This document shows positions 53,443 through 63,654 of a DNA stretch of 64,000 nt, piece after piece; position 1 is the first letter of the stretch; each line of letters begins with the position of its first letter. A model generated the notes under the pieces. The model saw nothing but the letters and a program-made list of their open reading frames with translations. It did not search any database and was not told where the DNA came from. Position numbers and translations under genes: made by a program. The stretch comes from Nitrospiraceae bacterium (GTDB lineage: Bacteria > Nitrospirota > Nitrospiria > Nitrospirales > Nitrospiraceae), in NCBI GenBank assembly GCA_050246315.1, contig JBFWWG010000004.1, positions 224,001-288,000 of the forward strand, read 5' to 3'.

Positions 53443-54447
53443 ATGTCGGATCAGCCGTCCATTTCCACGATCCAGACAATGGCCGATGTCTGGGACGCCT
53501 ACCGTGCCGAACTCCAGGGCGTCGAAGAGCAAATCCACAAAAATCTCAATTCTCCGGTCGTCCTCGTCAACACCGTCGCCGGCCATATCCTGAGCAGCGG
53601 CGGCAAGCGGGTGCGGCCCTTGCTTTTATTGCTCTGTGCCCGTCTCTGCGGCTATACCGGGACGGACCACCATCTGCTCGGCTGCCTGGTGGAATATATC
53701 CACACCGCCACCCTGCTCCACGACGATGTGGTGGACGACGCCGACCTGCGCCGCGGACGCCGGACGGCCCGCCGCGTGTGGGGTAACCAGATCAGCATTC
53801 TGGTCGGCGATTACCTCTATTCCAAGGCCATGCGGCAGATCGTGGATTTTCGCAGCCATACCGTGAATGAAGTATTGGCGGACGCCTGTTGGAAGATGGC
53901 GGAGGGCGAGGTCCTGCAGTTGTATTACAACGGCAACCCCTCAATGCCTGAAACCGACTATCTGCGGATCGTCGAGCACAAGACCGCCGGCCTTATCGCA
54001 GCGGCCTGCCGCATGGGCGCCATCATTGCGGACGCCTCCCCGGCCCATCAGACGGCCCTGTTCCGGTTCGGCCAACACCTGGGTATCGCGTTTCAGGTGG
54101 CGGACGACACCCTTGATTACACGGCGAACGGCGACTGTTTAGGCAAGGCCCTCGGGCAGGACCTACGACAAGGCAAGGCCACGCTGCCGTTGTTGCATCT
54201 ATTGGGGCATTGTTCCGAATCCGACAGGAGCATGATCAAGGATCGGATGGAGACGCGTTCCCTGACGGACCAAGACCTCGTCCGCATCATCGGGCTCATG
54301 CATCAATACGGCTCGATCGTCTATGCGATGGATCGGGCCCGTCGTTTCGTGGACGTCGCCATCTCCGACCTCGACCAATTTGAAGACGGCACCCCCAAAC
54401 GCGCGCTGATGGTTGCGGCCGAGTACATGGTGACGCGCGACCGGTAA
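53443..54447 (+). CDS. ispB: polyprenyl (octaprenyl) diphosphate synthase
   Basis: GGKRVRP, LLHDDVVDD..RRG, KTA, FQVADD, DLRQGKATLP. Confidence 0.92.
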   Translation: MSDQPSISTIQTMADVWDAYRAELQGVEEQIHKNLNSPVVLVNTVAGHILSSGGKRVRPLLLLLCARLCGYTGTDHHLLGCLVEYIHTATLLHDDVVDDADLRRGRRTARRVWGNQISILVGDYLYSKAMRQIVDFRSHTVNEVLADACWKMAEGEVLQLYYNGNPSMPETDYLRIVEHKTAGLIAAACRMGAIIADASPAHQTALFRFGQHLGIAFQVADDTLDYTANGDCLGKALGQDLRQGKATLPLLHLLGHCSESDRSMIKDRMETRSLTDQDLVRIIGLMHQYGSIVYAMDRARRFVDVAISDLDQFEDGTPKRALMVAAEYMVTRDR

Positions 54448-54497
54448 CCCTCCGCCCGCTGCAGCGATCCGACAGAGCGACCCGACAAAGGAGTTCC

Positions 54498-55823
54498 ATG
54501 GCACACGTCCTCCCCTTTCGAGGTGTTCATTTCGACCAGGCGCGTCTCGGGAACATCCGAGATCTGGTGGCACCACCCTATGACGTCATCGATGGAGCCG
54601 GCCAGAAAGCGCTGCACGATCGCCATCCCAACAACGTCATCCGGTTGGAGCTGGGGTTCGAGCAGGCGGGCGATTCGGAAACGGATAACCGCTATACCCG
54701 CGCCGCTCGGGCTCTACGAGATTGGCAGGAACAGAACGTGCTCAAGCGGGACGCCTCTCCCTGTATGTACTTGTACCGGCTGACCTATCGAACGCCGGAA
54801 CGAGGCTCGTCCACCACAAAAACGCTGAGCGGGTTCCTGGCCAACTTCAAACTGGCCGAACTCGACTCGGGGGAGATCTACCCGCATGAAAATACCCGGG
54901 CCGCAGCCAAGACGGACCGGCTCCGGTTACTCGAAGCCTGCCGGGCGAATTTCAGCCCGATCTGGTCCCTCTATTCCGACCCGGAGGAGGCCGTGAGCGG
55001 CCTTTTTGAACGAGCCGTTTCCGGGCAATCGCCGCGCACCGACTTCCACGACGAGGTCGGAGACCAACACAGTCTCTGGGTCATCGACAATCCCGACATA
55101 TTGCGACAGGTGGCGGAGGCGATGCGCCCGCGTCCGTTATACATTGCTGACGGGCACCACCGCTATGAAACAGCCTTAAACTATCAGCGCCTGCGCCGCC
55201 AACAGGACGGGCCTTCGCCGGGACTTCAGCCTCACGATCAGGTCCTCATGTTGTTCTCCCGGCTGGAAGATCCGGGGTTGACCGTGCTGCCCACCCATCG
55301 CGTGTTGACCAAGCCGATGCCGCCGACGCCACAACTCCGGACCATGCTGGAACCCTGGTTCGAAATTGTGCCGTTTCCCTTGGAGAGAACGGCGGAAGAA
55401 GCGGTACGGACAACATTTCTCCAGGCTATGCGCAACCGGGGGCGGACCAACCCTTGCTTCGGCCTGGCCGTTCGAGGTGGACTGGAGTATTGGCTCCTGA
55501 TCCAACGTCCGGAGCATCGACTTCCGGACACGGCCTCGCCGCGCGATCGGTTGGATGTTTCAATCCTGCAGCTACAGGTGATCACGAAACTCTGTCCCAC
55601 CCAACAGGACCTGGAGTCCATCGTCTACACGAAAGACGAGTATGAGGCGCTCGATTGGGTCGCCAAGGGCACCGCGGAGGGCGCGCTGCTCCTGAATGCC
55701 ACGAAGGTCGATGAGGTGCGGGCGGTGGCCGTTGCCGGGGAGCGAATGCCGCACAAGTCCACCTATTTCTATCCCAAGCCCGTGACAGGTCTTGTCCTGC
55801 ACGTGATGGAGGACCGGGGGTGA
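54498..55823 (+). CDS. DUF1015 family protein
   Basis: APPYDVI, PHENT, IADGHHRYETA, MPHKSTYFYPK. Confidence 0.92.
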   Translation: MAHVLPFRGVHFDQARLGNIRDLVAPPYDVIDGAGQKALHDRHPNNVIRLELGFEQAGDSETDNRYTRAARALRDWQEQNVLKRDASPCMYLYRLTYRTPERGSSTTKTLSGFLANFKLAELDSGEIYPHENTRAAAKTDRLRLLEACRANFSPIWSLYSDPEEAVSGLFERAVSGQSPRTDFHDEVGDQHSLWVIDNPDILRQVAEAMRPRPLYIADGHHRYETALNYQRLRRQQDGPSPGLQPHDQVLMLFSRLEDPGLTVLPTHRVLTKPMPPTPQLRTMLEPWFEIVPFPLERTAEEAVRTTFLQAMRNRGRTNPCFGLAVRGGLEYWLLIQRPEHRLPDTASPRDRLDVSILQLQVITKLCPTQQDLESIVYTKDEYEALDWVAKGTAEGALLLNATKVDEVRAVAVAGERMPHKSTYFYPKPVTGLVLHVMEDRG

Positions 55824-57283
55824 AAGCCAAAATCCTCGTCGTCGACGACGATCCCGATATCCTGGTGATGCTTCAGGATCGCCTGGAGGCCGGCGGGTAT
55901 CAGGTCACGACGGCGAAAGACGGCCGCCGCGCACTCGAACTCATCGAGCAGGAGCCGCCGAATCTGGTCTTACTCGACATCGAGATCCCCTATCTGACCG
56001 GATTGGACGTCCTGCGGCGCATGGGACAGACCAAGCCGGGGCAGACTTCTATCGAGGCCTCCTCGACGAACCGGCATCTGCCCGGGGATCTGGACCCGCC
56101 CGTCATCGTCATGACCGCCCACGGCACCATCTCCACCGCGGTCGAGGCGATGAAGCTCGGCGCCTACGACTTCCTCACCAAGCCCCTGGACAAGGACCAC
56201 TTGGCGATCGTGATCCAGAAGGCCACGGAGCGGGAATCCTTGCGCCGGCAGGTCGCCGTGCTCCGCGGCGAGATCGACAGCCGATATTCCACCATCGTCG
56301 GCAGCAGTCCGAAATTCACCGCAATCATCGAGGGTGCCAAGCGGGCGGCCAACTCGGACGCCAGCGTGTTACTGTTGGGCGAAAGCGGGACCGGGAAGGA
56401 ACTCTTCGCGCGTTCCATTCATCAATGGAGCCCGCGCCGTCAGCATCCGTTGGTGGTCATCAACTGCGTGGCCTTGACGGAAACACTCTTGGAGAACGAA
56501 TTGTTCGGCCACGAGCGTGGCGCCTTTACGGGGGCCGACCGGTTGTACAAGGGCAAGATCGAGATGGCGGATGGCGGCACCGTCTTTCTCGATGAAATCG
56601 GGGACATGTCGCTGCCGCTCCAGGCGAAGCTCCTGCGCGTATTGCAGGACCGGGAGTTTCAGCGAGTGGGCAGCACCAAGACGATTTCCGTCAACATCCG
56701 GGTGATCGCCGCGACCAACAGAGATTTGAAGCTGGCCGTGAAGGCCGGCCAATTCCGGGAAGATCTCTATTTCCGGTTGAACGTGATCAACTTCACCCTT
56801 CCACCGCTGCGCGAGCGCCCAGACGACATCCCGGCACTCTCTGAGTTTTTCCTGAAACGCCACAGCCTTGAATCGAAGCAGACGGGTATGAAGTTGAGTG
56901 CCTCGGCGAAATCGGCCATGCAGAGCTATGCCTGGCCCGGGAACATCCGGGAACTCGACAACACGATCGCGCGGGCGGTGGTCCTGAGCCCCTCCGAAGA
57001 GATCGAGCCGGAATCATTGGGACTGACGCCGACCGAGCCGGTCCATCCGCCGGCTCCCGGACGCGAGGCCTCGGACCAGGGTTCCGCACAGACCATCCAA
57101 TACGTGAATCTGCCGTACCATCAATCGATGGAAGAGCACAGCCGCACGTTGATCTTGCGCGCGCTGAAACAGTCGGGCGGCAACCAGACCAAGGCCGCCG
57201 AACAGCTTCACCTACAGCGCACCTACCTGGCCCGCCTCATGAGACAGAAGAATCTCGACAAGGAACTGCCGACCGACAGTTAG
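55820..57283 (+). CDS. sigma54-dependent response regulator (NtrC family)
   Basis: REC domain, GESGTGKE, GAFTGA, FLDEIG, WPGNIREL, Fis-type HTH. Confidence 0.95.
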   Translation: MKAKILVVDDDPDILVMLQDRLEAGGYQVTTAKDGRRALELIEQEPPNLVLLDIEIPYLTGLDVLRRMGQTKPGQTSIEASSTNRHLPGDLDPPVIVMTAHGTISTAVEAMKLGAYDFLTKPLDKDHLAIVIQKATERESLRRQVAVLRGEIDSRYSTIVGSSPKFTAIIEGAKRAANSDASVLLLGESGTGKELFARSIHQWSPRRQHPLVVINCVALTETLLENELFGHERGAFTGADRLYKGKIEMADGGTVFLDEIGDMSLPLQAKLLRVLQDREFQRVGSTKTISVNIRVIAATNRDLKLAVKAGQFREDLYFRLNVINFTLPPLRERPDDIPALSEFFLKRHSLESKQTGMKLSASAKSAMQSYAWPGNIRELDNTIARAVVLSPSEEIEPESLGLTPTEPVHPPAPGREASDQGSAQTIQYVNLPYHQSMEEHSRTLILRALKQSGGNQTKAAEQLHLQRTYLARLMRQKNLDKELPTDS

Positions 57284-57343
57284 AGCCCTCCGTTCCCGCC
57301 AAGGTCCGCTACACGATCCACCTCACGCTTGTGAACCATTCTG

Positions 57344-58105
57344 TTATTGGGTTGGAGTATGGGCGGGCGACGCATCGTTGCGCGCAGCCAGGGAGATGCG
57401 TCCGTTCGCAACGTCCCGTTCGGCCTGTGCATACCGTTCGGGCGTGCCGATGTCGGACCAGTAGCCGGTTAAATCGAATCCCAGCACCGGTTCGTCTCGC
57501 GCGATCGCGCTCAGATACGCCTCGATGATCGAGGACGGTTGCCCGGCCCGCAAGGAGCGGAGCAGGCGGGGATGCAGCAGATGAACGCCGGCGAACATAC
57601 GCGGGAAGCTCTCCTCCCGGCTCTCCCGGCCCTGGCCGTTGATGCGAAGGATGCGGCGGGCACCGTCGATTTCGACGAGGCCCCATTGTGCCGCATCGGG
57701 ATCCTCCCGCAACACCAGCGTGGCGGCAGCCTCCCGCACCTGATGAAATTCCACGAGCTCGCTGAGATCCAACTCGAACAGGGTGTCGCCGTTCAGAACC
57801 AGTCCCGGCCTGCCGTTGAAGAACGATTCCACCTGCTTAATGCCCCCTCCGGTTCCCAAGATCACGGGCTCGCGCGAATAACTGATCCGCATGCCGAACC
57901 GCCCGCCGTCGCCGAGGGCATGTTCGATGAGCGGACCCAGATGATGCAGATTGATGACCACCTCGCGAAACCCATGGCGCCGCAGCAACAAGAGGTTCCA
58001 GACGATGAGCGGCGTGCCCCCGACCGGCAGGAGCGGCTTCGGAACCGTGTTGGTCAGCGGCCGCATGCGGGTCCCGAGACCGGCCGCCAGGATCATGGCT
58101 TTCAT
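57344..58105 (-). CDS. murU: nucleotidyltransferase, MurU-like
   Basis: MKAMILAAGLGTRMRPLT..PKPLL, NGD, WSDIGTPE; paired with an AmgK-like kinase. Confidence 0.8.
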   Translation of the reverse strand: MKAMILAAGLGTRMRPLTNTVPKPLLPVGGTPLIVWNLLLLRRHGFREVVINLHHLGPLIEHALGDGGRFGMRISYSREPVILGTGGGIKQVESFFNGRPGLVLNGDTLFELDLSELVEFHQVREAAATLVLREDPDAAQWGLVEIDGARRILRINGQGRESREESFPRMFAGVHLLHPRLLRSLRAGQPSSIIEAYLSAIARDEPVLGFDLTGYWSDIGTPERYAQAERDVANGRISLAARNDASPAHTPTQ

Positions 58106-58110
58106 GGGGA

Positions 58111-58213
58111 AGTGCTCAGTGCTGGATGCTGAGTGCTGAGTGCTCAGTGCTGAGTATGATCAGAGTTGATTCGTCCATTGATCGCCTTCCGGCTCAGCAC
58201 TCCGGACTCAGCA
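58111..58213. repeat. heptamer (AGTGCTG)n repeats with inverted copies
   Basis: About 6 tandem units at 58111-58155 and two CTCAGCA inverted units at 58193-58213. Confidence 0.7.
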
Positions 58214-58228
58214 TTCGTCCCGGAACTG

Positions 58229-59341
58229 CTACTGCAGTTCCGGGACGTAGGGAGCGAGATGCTTCCGCAACACCGCCAATTCGGGATACGTCTCCAAATT
58301 TCTCCGCACGTACCCCAGTACACGAGGAATATCCGCCAGAAATTTCGGATTGTGCTTCACCCGATCAATGTACACAAACCGTCCCGCCGCCTTGAGATTG
58401 CGCTGGATGCTGGTGAGGTCGAAGGCTCGTCGAAAACCCCGCCGATCGATCCCGAAGGTCGCATGATCCGTGAAACGCTCCAAGTAGTGACTCACCAGCT
58501 CGTCCACGACTTCCTCGTCGAGCTGGATGTAGGCATCGCGCAGGAGGGACGCGAGATCGTAAGCAGCCGGTCCCATCAGCGCATCTTGAAAGTCAATGAC
58601 CCCGAGACGAACACCGTCCACCATCAGATTGCGCGAATGGTAATCGCGGTGTGTGAACACACGGGGCTGCCCTGCAACGAACTCGGCGATGTTGCGAAAC
58701 TCGGCATGGATGAGTGGATAGTCCTCGGAACACATCGGCTTGCCATTTCTCGCCACCACGCCATATTCCAGGAAATGCTCGAATTCCCACATCAGCAAGG
58801 CCGGATCGAAGGATCGATGGAACACGATACAGCCGGGGTCATTTGGCGCCGTCGCGCGGGAATGGATACGGACCAGCTCATCGACGGCCTGTTTGTAACA
58901 AGCCACCAGATCCGCCGCGCTTGCCTGCTGACAGGTTTCCATCAGCGTCTGGTCTCCAAAATCTTCAAGATAAAGGAGCCCGGCAACCTGATCGTAGTAA
59001 TACAGCGTGGGAACCGAGACCTTCGCCTTCGCCAGATGACGTAGGACATTCACGAACGGCAACTCGCGGATTTGATGGCCTCCTCCGCTCACCGCTTCCT
59101 CGGAGGCTTTGAAGGCTTCCGGCTCGGCAAGTTGCATCAGGATCACTGAGGCTGGACGGCCGGCGCCCTCACCGACAAGGCGGATACGGAAGTACCGGCG
59201 ATTTGAGGCGTCGCCGGCCAGCGGCGCCAGGGCGCCGAACCGAGCAGGAAAAGGCAGCTTAGTCTGAACGCTGGCTTCGACGAGTTGGTGGTCGGGCGGA
59301 GCGAGCGGCGCTGCCGGCGCCGAAGGATTGGTCATCCCCAT
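58229..59341 (-). CDS. amgK: aminoglycoside phosphotransferase family kinase, AmgK-like
   Basis: LAGDASNRRYFR, LEDFGD, HRDYHSRNLM, IDFQDA..GP..YDLASLLRD, QRNLKA. Confidence 0.82.
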   Translation of the reverse strand: MGMTNPSAPAAPLAPPDHQLVEASVQTKLPFPARFGALAPLAGDASNRRYFRIRLVGEGAGRPASVILMQLAEPEAFKASEEAVSGGGHQIRELPFVNVLRHLAKAKVSVPTLYYYDQVAGLLYLEDFGDQTLMETCQQASAADLVACYKQAVDELVRIHSRATAPNDPGCIVFHRSFDPALLMWEFEHFLEYGVVARNGKPMCSEDYPLIHAEFRNIAEFVAGQPRVFTHRDYHSRNLMVDGVRLGVIDFQDALMGPAAYDLASLLRDAYIQLDEEVVDELVSHYLERFTDHATFGIDRRGFRRAFDLTSIQRNLKAAGRFVYIDRVKHNPKFLADIPRVLGYVRRNLETYPELAVLRKHLAPYVPELQ

Positions 59342-59472
59342 ACCGTCGCGCATTATACCTGAACGGCCGTCGTTCACGAACAGGACTGCAAAATCAGACG
59401 GAAGGCCGAACGGACTCACTGCGGCGATGGCGGAGGCTGGTAGATGGGCCGGTCGGCACGGAGAGAGAAGCG

Positions 59473-59513
59473 GAACCGCCTTCGGGCATCAACCGATGCC
59501 CGAAGGCCGGTTC
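59473..59513 (-). terminator. strong hairpin after the helicase gene
   Basis: 13-bp perfect stem GCCTTCGGGCATC/GATGCCCGAAGGC with a 4-nt loop. Confidence 0.65.
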
Positions 59514-59525
59514 ATTTTCTATGGT

Positions 59526-61061
59526 TCAGTTGCCGGATTTCGGCTGTATGAACAGTCGGCGAGGACGCCTAGGCTGATGGCCCGGACCTGCCGCATGCGC
59601 ATGGGGCCGTGGCGCGTGATCTTGATGCATCTGGCTCTGTTGCGAAAACCCCCTCGGCTGTGACTGGCCTGTCCGACCGGCTTCAGCCACCCGGTTGCCA
59701 TCAACCGGCCGGTTGAACTCACGCCGATGCTGACCATCACCGCGACGGTGCGATTCGTCCATCCGATGCGCCTCGTGCCTCTTGGGTCCACCGGCACCAT
59801 AGCCGGGACGGCCTCCTCCCCGATGACCCGAGCCGCGACCGGAACCGGTCCCATGGGACTGAGGCGGCGGGCTCCCCGCCGCACGTGGCACCGGTCGGCC
59901 GAGCAGCTTCTCGATCGCCCGAAGCTGAAAGTGATCCTCACCCGTCACGAAGCTGGTCGCGCGCCCGATCGCCTTCATGCGGCCGGTCCGCCCGATCCGG
60001 TGCACATAGTCCTCAGGCGTATTCGGCAAGTCGAAATTGACCACATGACCGATGTTCGCCACGTCGATCCCGCGCGCCGCAATGTCGGTCGCCACGAGAA
60101 TACGGTAGGTTCCACGCCGAAATCCTTCCAGCGCCGCACGACGCTGCGAGAGACGCCGCCCCGCGTGCAGCACCGCCACCCGGTGGCCCTTGTGTTCGAG
60201 CGCGGTTCCCAGCCGGTCCGCCCGATGTTTGGTGCGCGTGAAAACCAGCACGCTGCCAGCCGGGTCCTGGATGAGATTCAACAGCAAATTGATCTTGTCG
60301 TCATGCGTCGTATGGTGCACCTCGTGAGTGACCGTGTGGGCCGCCGTAGCCGGCGGATTCACCATCACCTTGACGGGATTCTTCAACCCTGCCCGGGCCA
60401 ACCCATCGAGATCCTCCGGCATCGTCGCAGAAAACAGCATCGTCTGCCGCTCCGGAGACAGGGCATCCAGAATCTGATTAAGCTGCGGCGCGAAGCCCAT
60501 GTCGAGCATCCGGTCCGCTTCATCCAAGACCACGATCGTGAAATGTGCCAGGTTCACCGTCCCGTTCCACATATGATCGAGCAAGCGGCCCGGCGTCGCC
60601 ACGACGATGGTCGGACGCTGGTGCAGCCCGCGCACCTGGATGCGGAGGTCTTCCCCTCCGATCAGGGCGGTCGCAGAGACCCGGCGGCTGCGTCCGAGCA
60701 AGCCGATCGTCCGTTGAATTTGAAAAGCCAGCTCACGAGTCGGAGTCAGGATCAACCCGCGCGGCGGGCCGACAGGCCCGCCGGCTAGTCGCTCGACCAT
60801 CGGGATCACGAACGCGGCCGTCTTGCCGGTTCCGGTCTGGGCACAGCCGAGCAGGTCGCGGCCGGCGAGCCCCGAGGGAATGGCCTTGGCCTGAATGGGC
60901 GTCGGGTCTGTGAATTTCGCCTGGGCCAGATCCCGCAACAGGGCTTCGGAAATTCCCAGCGACTGGAACGTAACCGTTCCGTCCGGCCCCGGCTGGGTCG
61001 GCGCGATCGATTCATCGGAGGTGGAAGGCACAGTGGTAGAAACGGAAGAAGAAGTCAACAC
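59526..61061 (-). CDS. DEAD-box RNA helicase (RhlE-like)
   Basis: Q motif, AQTGTGKT, PTRELA, TPGRL, DEAD, SAT, ARGID, HRIGRTGR; basic disordered tail. Confidence 0.95.
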   Translation of the reverse strand: MLTSSSVSTTVPSTSDESIAPTQPGPDGTVTFQSLGISEALLRDLAQAKFTDPTPIQAKAIPSGLAGRDLLGCAQTGTGKTAAFVIPMVERLAGGPVGPPRGLILTPTRELAFQIQRTIGLLGRSRRVSATALIGGEDLRIQVRGLHQRPTIVVATPGRLLDHMWNGTVNLAHFTIVVLDEADRMLDMGFAPQLNQILDALSPERQTMLFSATMPEDLDGLARAGLKNPVKVMVNPPATAAHTVTHEVHHTTHDDKINLLLNLIQDPAGSVLVFTRTKHRADRLGTALEHKGHRVAVLHAGRRLSQRRAALEGFRRGTYRILVATDIAARGIDVANIGHVVNFDLPNTPEDYVHRIGRTGRMKAIGRATSFVTGEDHFQLRAIEKLLGRPVPRAAGSPPPQSHGTGSGRGSGHRGGGRPGYGAGGPKRHEAHRMDESHRRGDGQHRREFNRPVDGNRVAEAGRTGQSQPRGFSQQSQMHQDHAPRPHAHAAGPGHQPRRPRRLFIQPKSGN

Positions 61062-61305
61062 AGAACACTCCTTGGTGAATGTGAGGCAGGATGCTACGCG
61101 GGCACAAGAGCGGATCAGCGGATCGCTCGGAGACGCACCCTTGAGAACCCTGCTATGAGCATCGCATGAGACGAGGTCAGAGGATCGAGGGAGGCAGAAT
61201 CAGAAAGGAGTCCGCTCCGAGGAGGATCTGAACGCGCTGCGATGACAAGGCCCGGAATATTTTATGGTTGCACGGTCGCCGGGCCGTCTCGACAGTGATG
61301 GGCAC

Positions 61306-61334
61306 ACCATACAGGACAACGCCCTCCGTGTCAA
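61306..61334 (-). promoter_or_regulatory. sigma70 promoter for the helicase gene (long 5' UTR)
   Basis: TTGACA-17 nt-TATGGT about 245 nt upstream of the start. Confidence 0.6.
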
Positions 61335-61361
61335 ATGGGACGACACCTCCGCTGTACCGCA

Positions 61362-62027
61362 TCAGGACCCGACGCGCGTGCCGAACGCGGTGAACAACTC
61401 GCCCGTGAGGTAGGGTGTTCTGTCCGTATCGCGCCGCTTTTTCCGCCGAAGGTAGTCGTTGAGGATCCGACCGTCGTCCGTCTGGTGGACATGTGGATGG
61501 GCCAGGTTCATCCGATACCGTTCCACAGCGCCGGCAACCCGACTGATAAACAGGACGGTGCCGTCATCCTCGACTCGTTCGACCACGCCGACGTGGGTGA
61601 GCGGATCATTGACCGCGCCATCCTCGTTGGAGTCCCACGTATTGTCGAAGAATACGAGGTCGCCGGCCCGGACCACCGGTCCCTGATGGATGCGGCCATG
61701 CCGCCGCACGTGGTGATAGATCAGCCGGACGCCGTTGGCCTGCCGGGTTTCCTCCGTGTTCTCATACAGGTCGATGCCATGCTTCAGATAGATGGCGCGC
61801 GTCACCCCCGCACAGTCATAGGCAATCCGCCGCCCGTTCACCTCGACCATACGGGCGCCAACAAGCGAGGCCGCGGTCTGTGCTACTGCCTGCTGTGGAG
61901 CAACCGTCTCGCCGGCCATGCAGCATCCCCGCGCCGACACACGGACGGATCGATCTCCCGACGGGCCGGCGCAGGCGACCACCGCGATCAGAATCACTGA
62001 GCTGAGATGCCGAACGATGCGCGTCAT
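61362..62027 (-). CDS. NlpC/P60 (CHAP-like) cell-wall peptidase lipoprotein
   Basis: Lipobox VVAC; YDCAG catalytic Cys; GDLVFF; THVG. Confidence 0.85.
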   Translation of the reverse strand: MTRIVRHLSSVILIAVVACAGPSGDRSVRVSARGCCMAGETVAPQQAVAQTAASLVGARMVEVNGRRIAYDCAGVTRAIYLKHGIDLYENTEETRQANGVRLIYHHVRRHGRIHQGPVVRAGDLVFFDNTWDSNEDGAVNDPLTHVGVVERVEDDGTVLFISRVAGAVERYRMNLAHPHVHQTDDGRILNDYLRRKKRRDTDRTPYLTGELFTAFGTRVGS

Positions 62028-62160
62028 GTCTTTACACTGCGATTCAAACCAGTATAGCTAAGCGGAGCCAATATGCACGCCACTTCCCGAAAGCATCCGG
62101 CGCCCCTGTCTCCGCTCCGCCCTCTCGACATTCCCGTGGTCAAGGCCCTATAAGGAGCGC

Positions 62161-63132
62161 ATGGAATACGTGCATCTCGGCCGGGCCGGTGTAAAGGTCA
62201 GCCGCCTTTGTCTCGGCACCATGAACTTCGGTCCGCTCACGAGCGAGGCCGACAGCTTCGCCATCATGGATCGGGCGCTGGAATTGGGGATCAATTTTTT
62301 TGACACCGCCAACGTCTACGGGTGGAAGCTCGGCGAAGGGGTGACGGAACAGATCGTCGGGCGTTGGATTGCACAGAGTCAGGGACGGCGCGAGAAGGTC
62401 GTATTGGCGACCAAGGTGTTCGGCCGCATGGGGGACTGGCCGAATCACTCACGACTCTCGGCACTTCATATCAAGCGGGCCTGCGAGGACAGCCTGCGCC
62501 GTCTCCAGACCGATCATCTTGACCTCTACCAGATGCACCATGTCGATCGGGAATCGCCCTGGGAGGAAATCTGGCAAGCCATGGAGCAGCTCGTCCGCGA
62601 AGGGAAAATTCTCTACGTGGGCAGCAGCAACTTCGCGGGGTGGCACCTGGCACGGGCGCAGGAACTCGCGGCAGGTCGGAACTTCCTGGGCCTCGTCTCG
62701 GAACAGAGCCTCTACAACCTCCACGAACGGACGATCGAGTTGGAAGTGATTCCGGCCTGCGAGGCCTACGGCATCGGTCTGATCCCCTGGAGTCCGCTAG
62801 CGAGAGGGTTGCTGGCCGGGGCCTTGCAGCCGGTTTCGTCGGGTCGTCGCGCCGACGACGACCTTCGCAAGGAAGTCGAAAGCAACCGCGCGCGACTGGA
62901 AGACTATGAAACGCTCTGCGCCCAACTCGGAGAGCGGCCAGCCGATGTGGCCTTGGCCTGGCTGCTCCAGCAGCCGGCCGTGACCGCGCCGATCATCGGT
63001 CCCCGCACCCTGGATCAACTGAACGGATCGATGCGAGCCCTGGCCTTGTCGCTGACCCAGGCCCACCTCAAGCGCCTGGACGAGATCTTTCCCGGACCGG
63101 GAGGGCGGGCGCCTGAGGCCTACGCCTGGTGA
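62161..63132 (+). CDS. aldo/keto reductase
   Basis: LCLGTMNFG, FDTANVYG, LATK, DLYQMH, GSSN, PWSPLARG. Confidence 0.95.
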   Translation: MEYVHLGRAGVKVSRLCLGTMNFGPLTSEADSFAIMDRALELGINFFDTANVYGWKLGEGVTEQIVGRWIAQSQGRREKVVLATKVFGRMGDWPNHSRLSALHIKRACEDSLRRLQTDHLDLYQMHHVDRESPWEEIWQAMEQLVREGKILYVGSSNFAGWHLARAQELAAGRNFLGLVSEQSLYNLHERTIELEVIPACEAYGIGLIPWSPLARGLLAGALQPVSSGRRADDDLRKEVESNRARLEDYETLCAQLGERPADVALAWLLQQPAVTAPIIGPRTLDQLNGSMRALALSLTQAHLKRLDEIFPGPGGRAPEAYAW

Positions 63133-63562
63133 CATCAGACGATGCCGTCATGCGCCGCCACCACACCGCAGCCAGCGCCGCCCCGACGGCAGCTCCCATC
63201 GCATCGGCCGTCAGATCCCACGGATCGGCTTCTCGGGGCGGGACGAGGACTTGATGGAGTTCATCGCTCACCCCATACATCGTCGCCGTCAGGATCGACA
63301 GCCATAGGGCGTGCTGCGCTCCCCATTGGCCTGCCGCCCGCCGGAAGGCCCGGTAGCACAGCGCTCCCAAGACGCCGTATTCGATCAGGTGCAACACCTT
63401 GTCGCTGATCCCGCTCAGGAACGAAGGCAGGTCATTCTCCGGATGGGGTAACGTCGAGAGCAGGAAAATGACTCCGGCATACACGACCGGCGGGACCCAA
63501 TAGCCAATGAGGCGAGCCGTATCGAGCGGCGGGGTTGGAGCCGCCGCCTTGTCCCGAGTCAT
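63068..63562 (-). CDS. VanZ family membrane protein
   Basis: DKVLHLIEYGVLG, YGVSDELHQ..VP.R...DL.AD..G. Confidence 0.88.
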   Translation of the reverse strand: MTRDKAAAPTPPLDTARLIGYWVPPVVYAGVIFLLSTLPHPENDLPSFLSGISDKVLHLIEYGVLGALCYRAFRRAAGQWGAQHALWLSILTATMYGVSDELHQVLVPPREADPWDLTADAMGAAVGAALAAVWWRRMTASSDVTRRRPQAPALPVRERSRPGA

Positions 63563-63654
63563 TGATCGCGACCTCTATTGTCGAACAATTGCGGACTTGC
63601 TAGGCGCATGACATACTCCACTTCAGCCTCCCGAACAACGAAAAAGGGCCGGAT

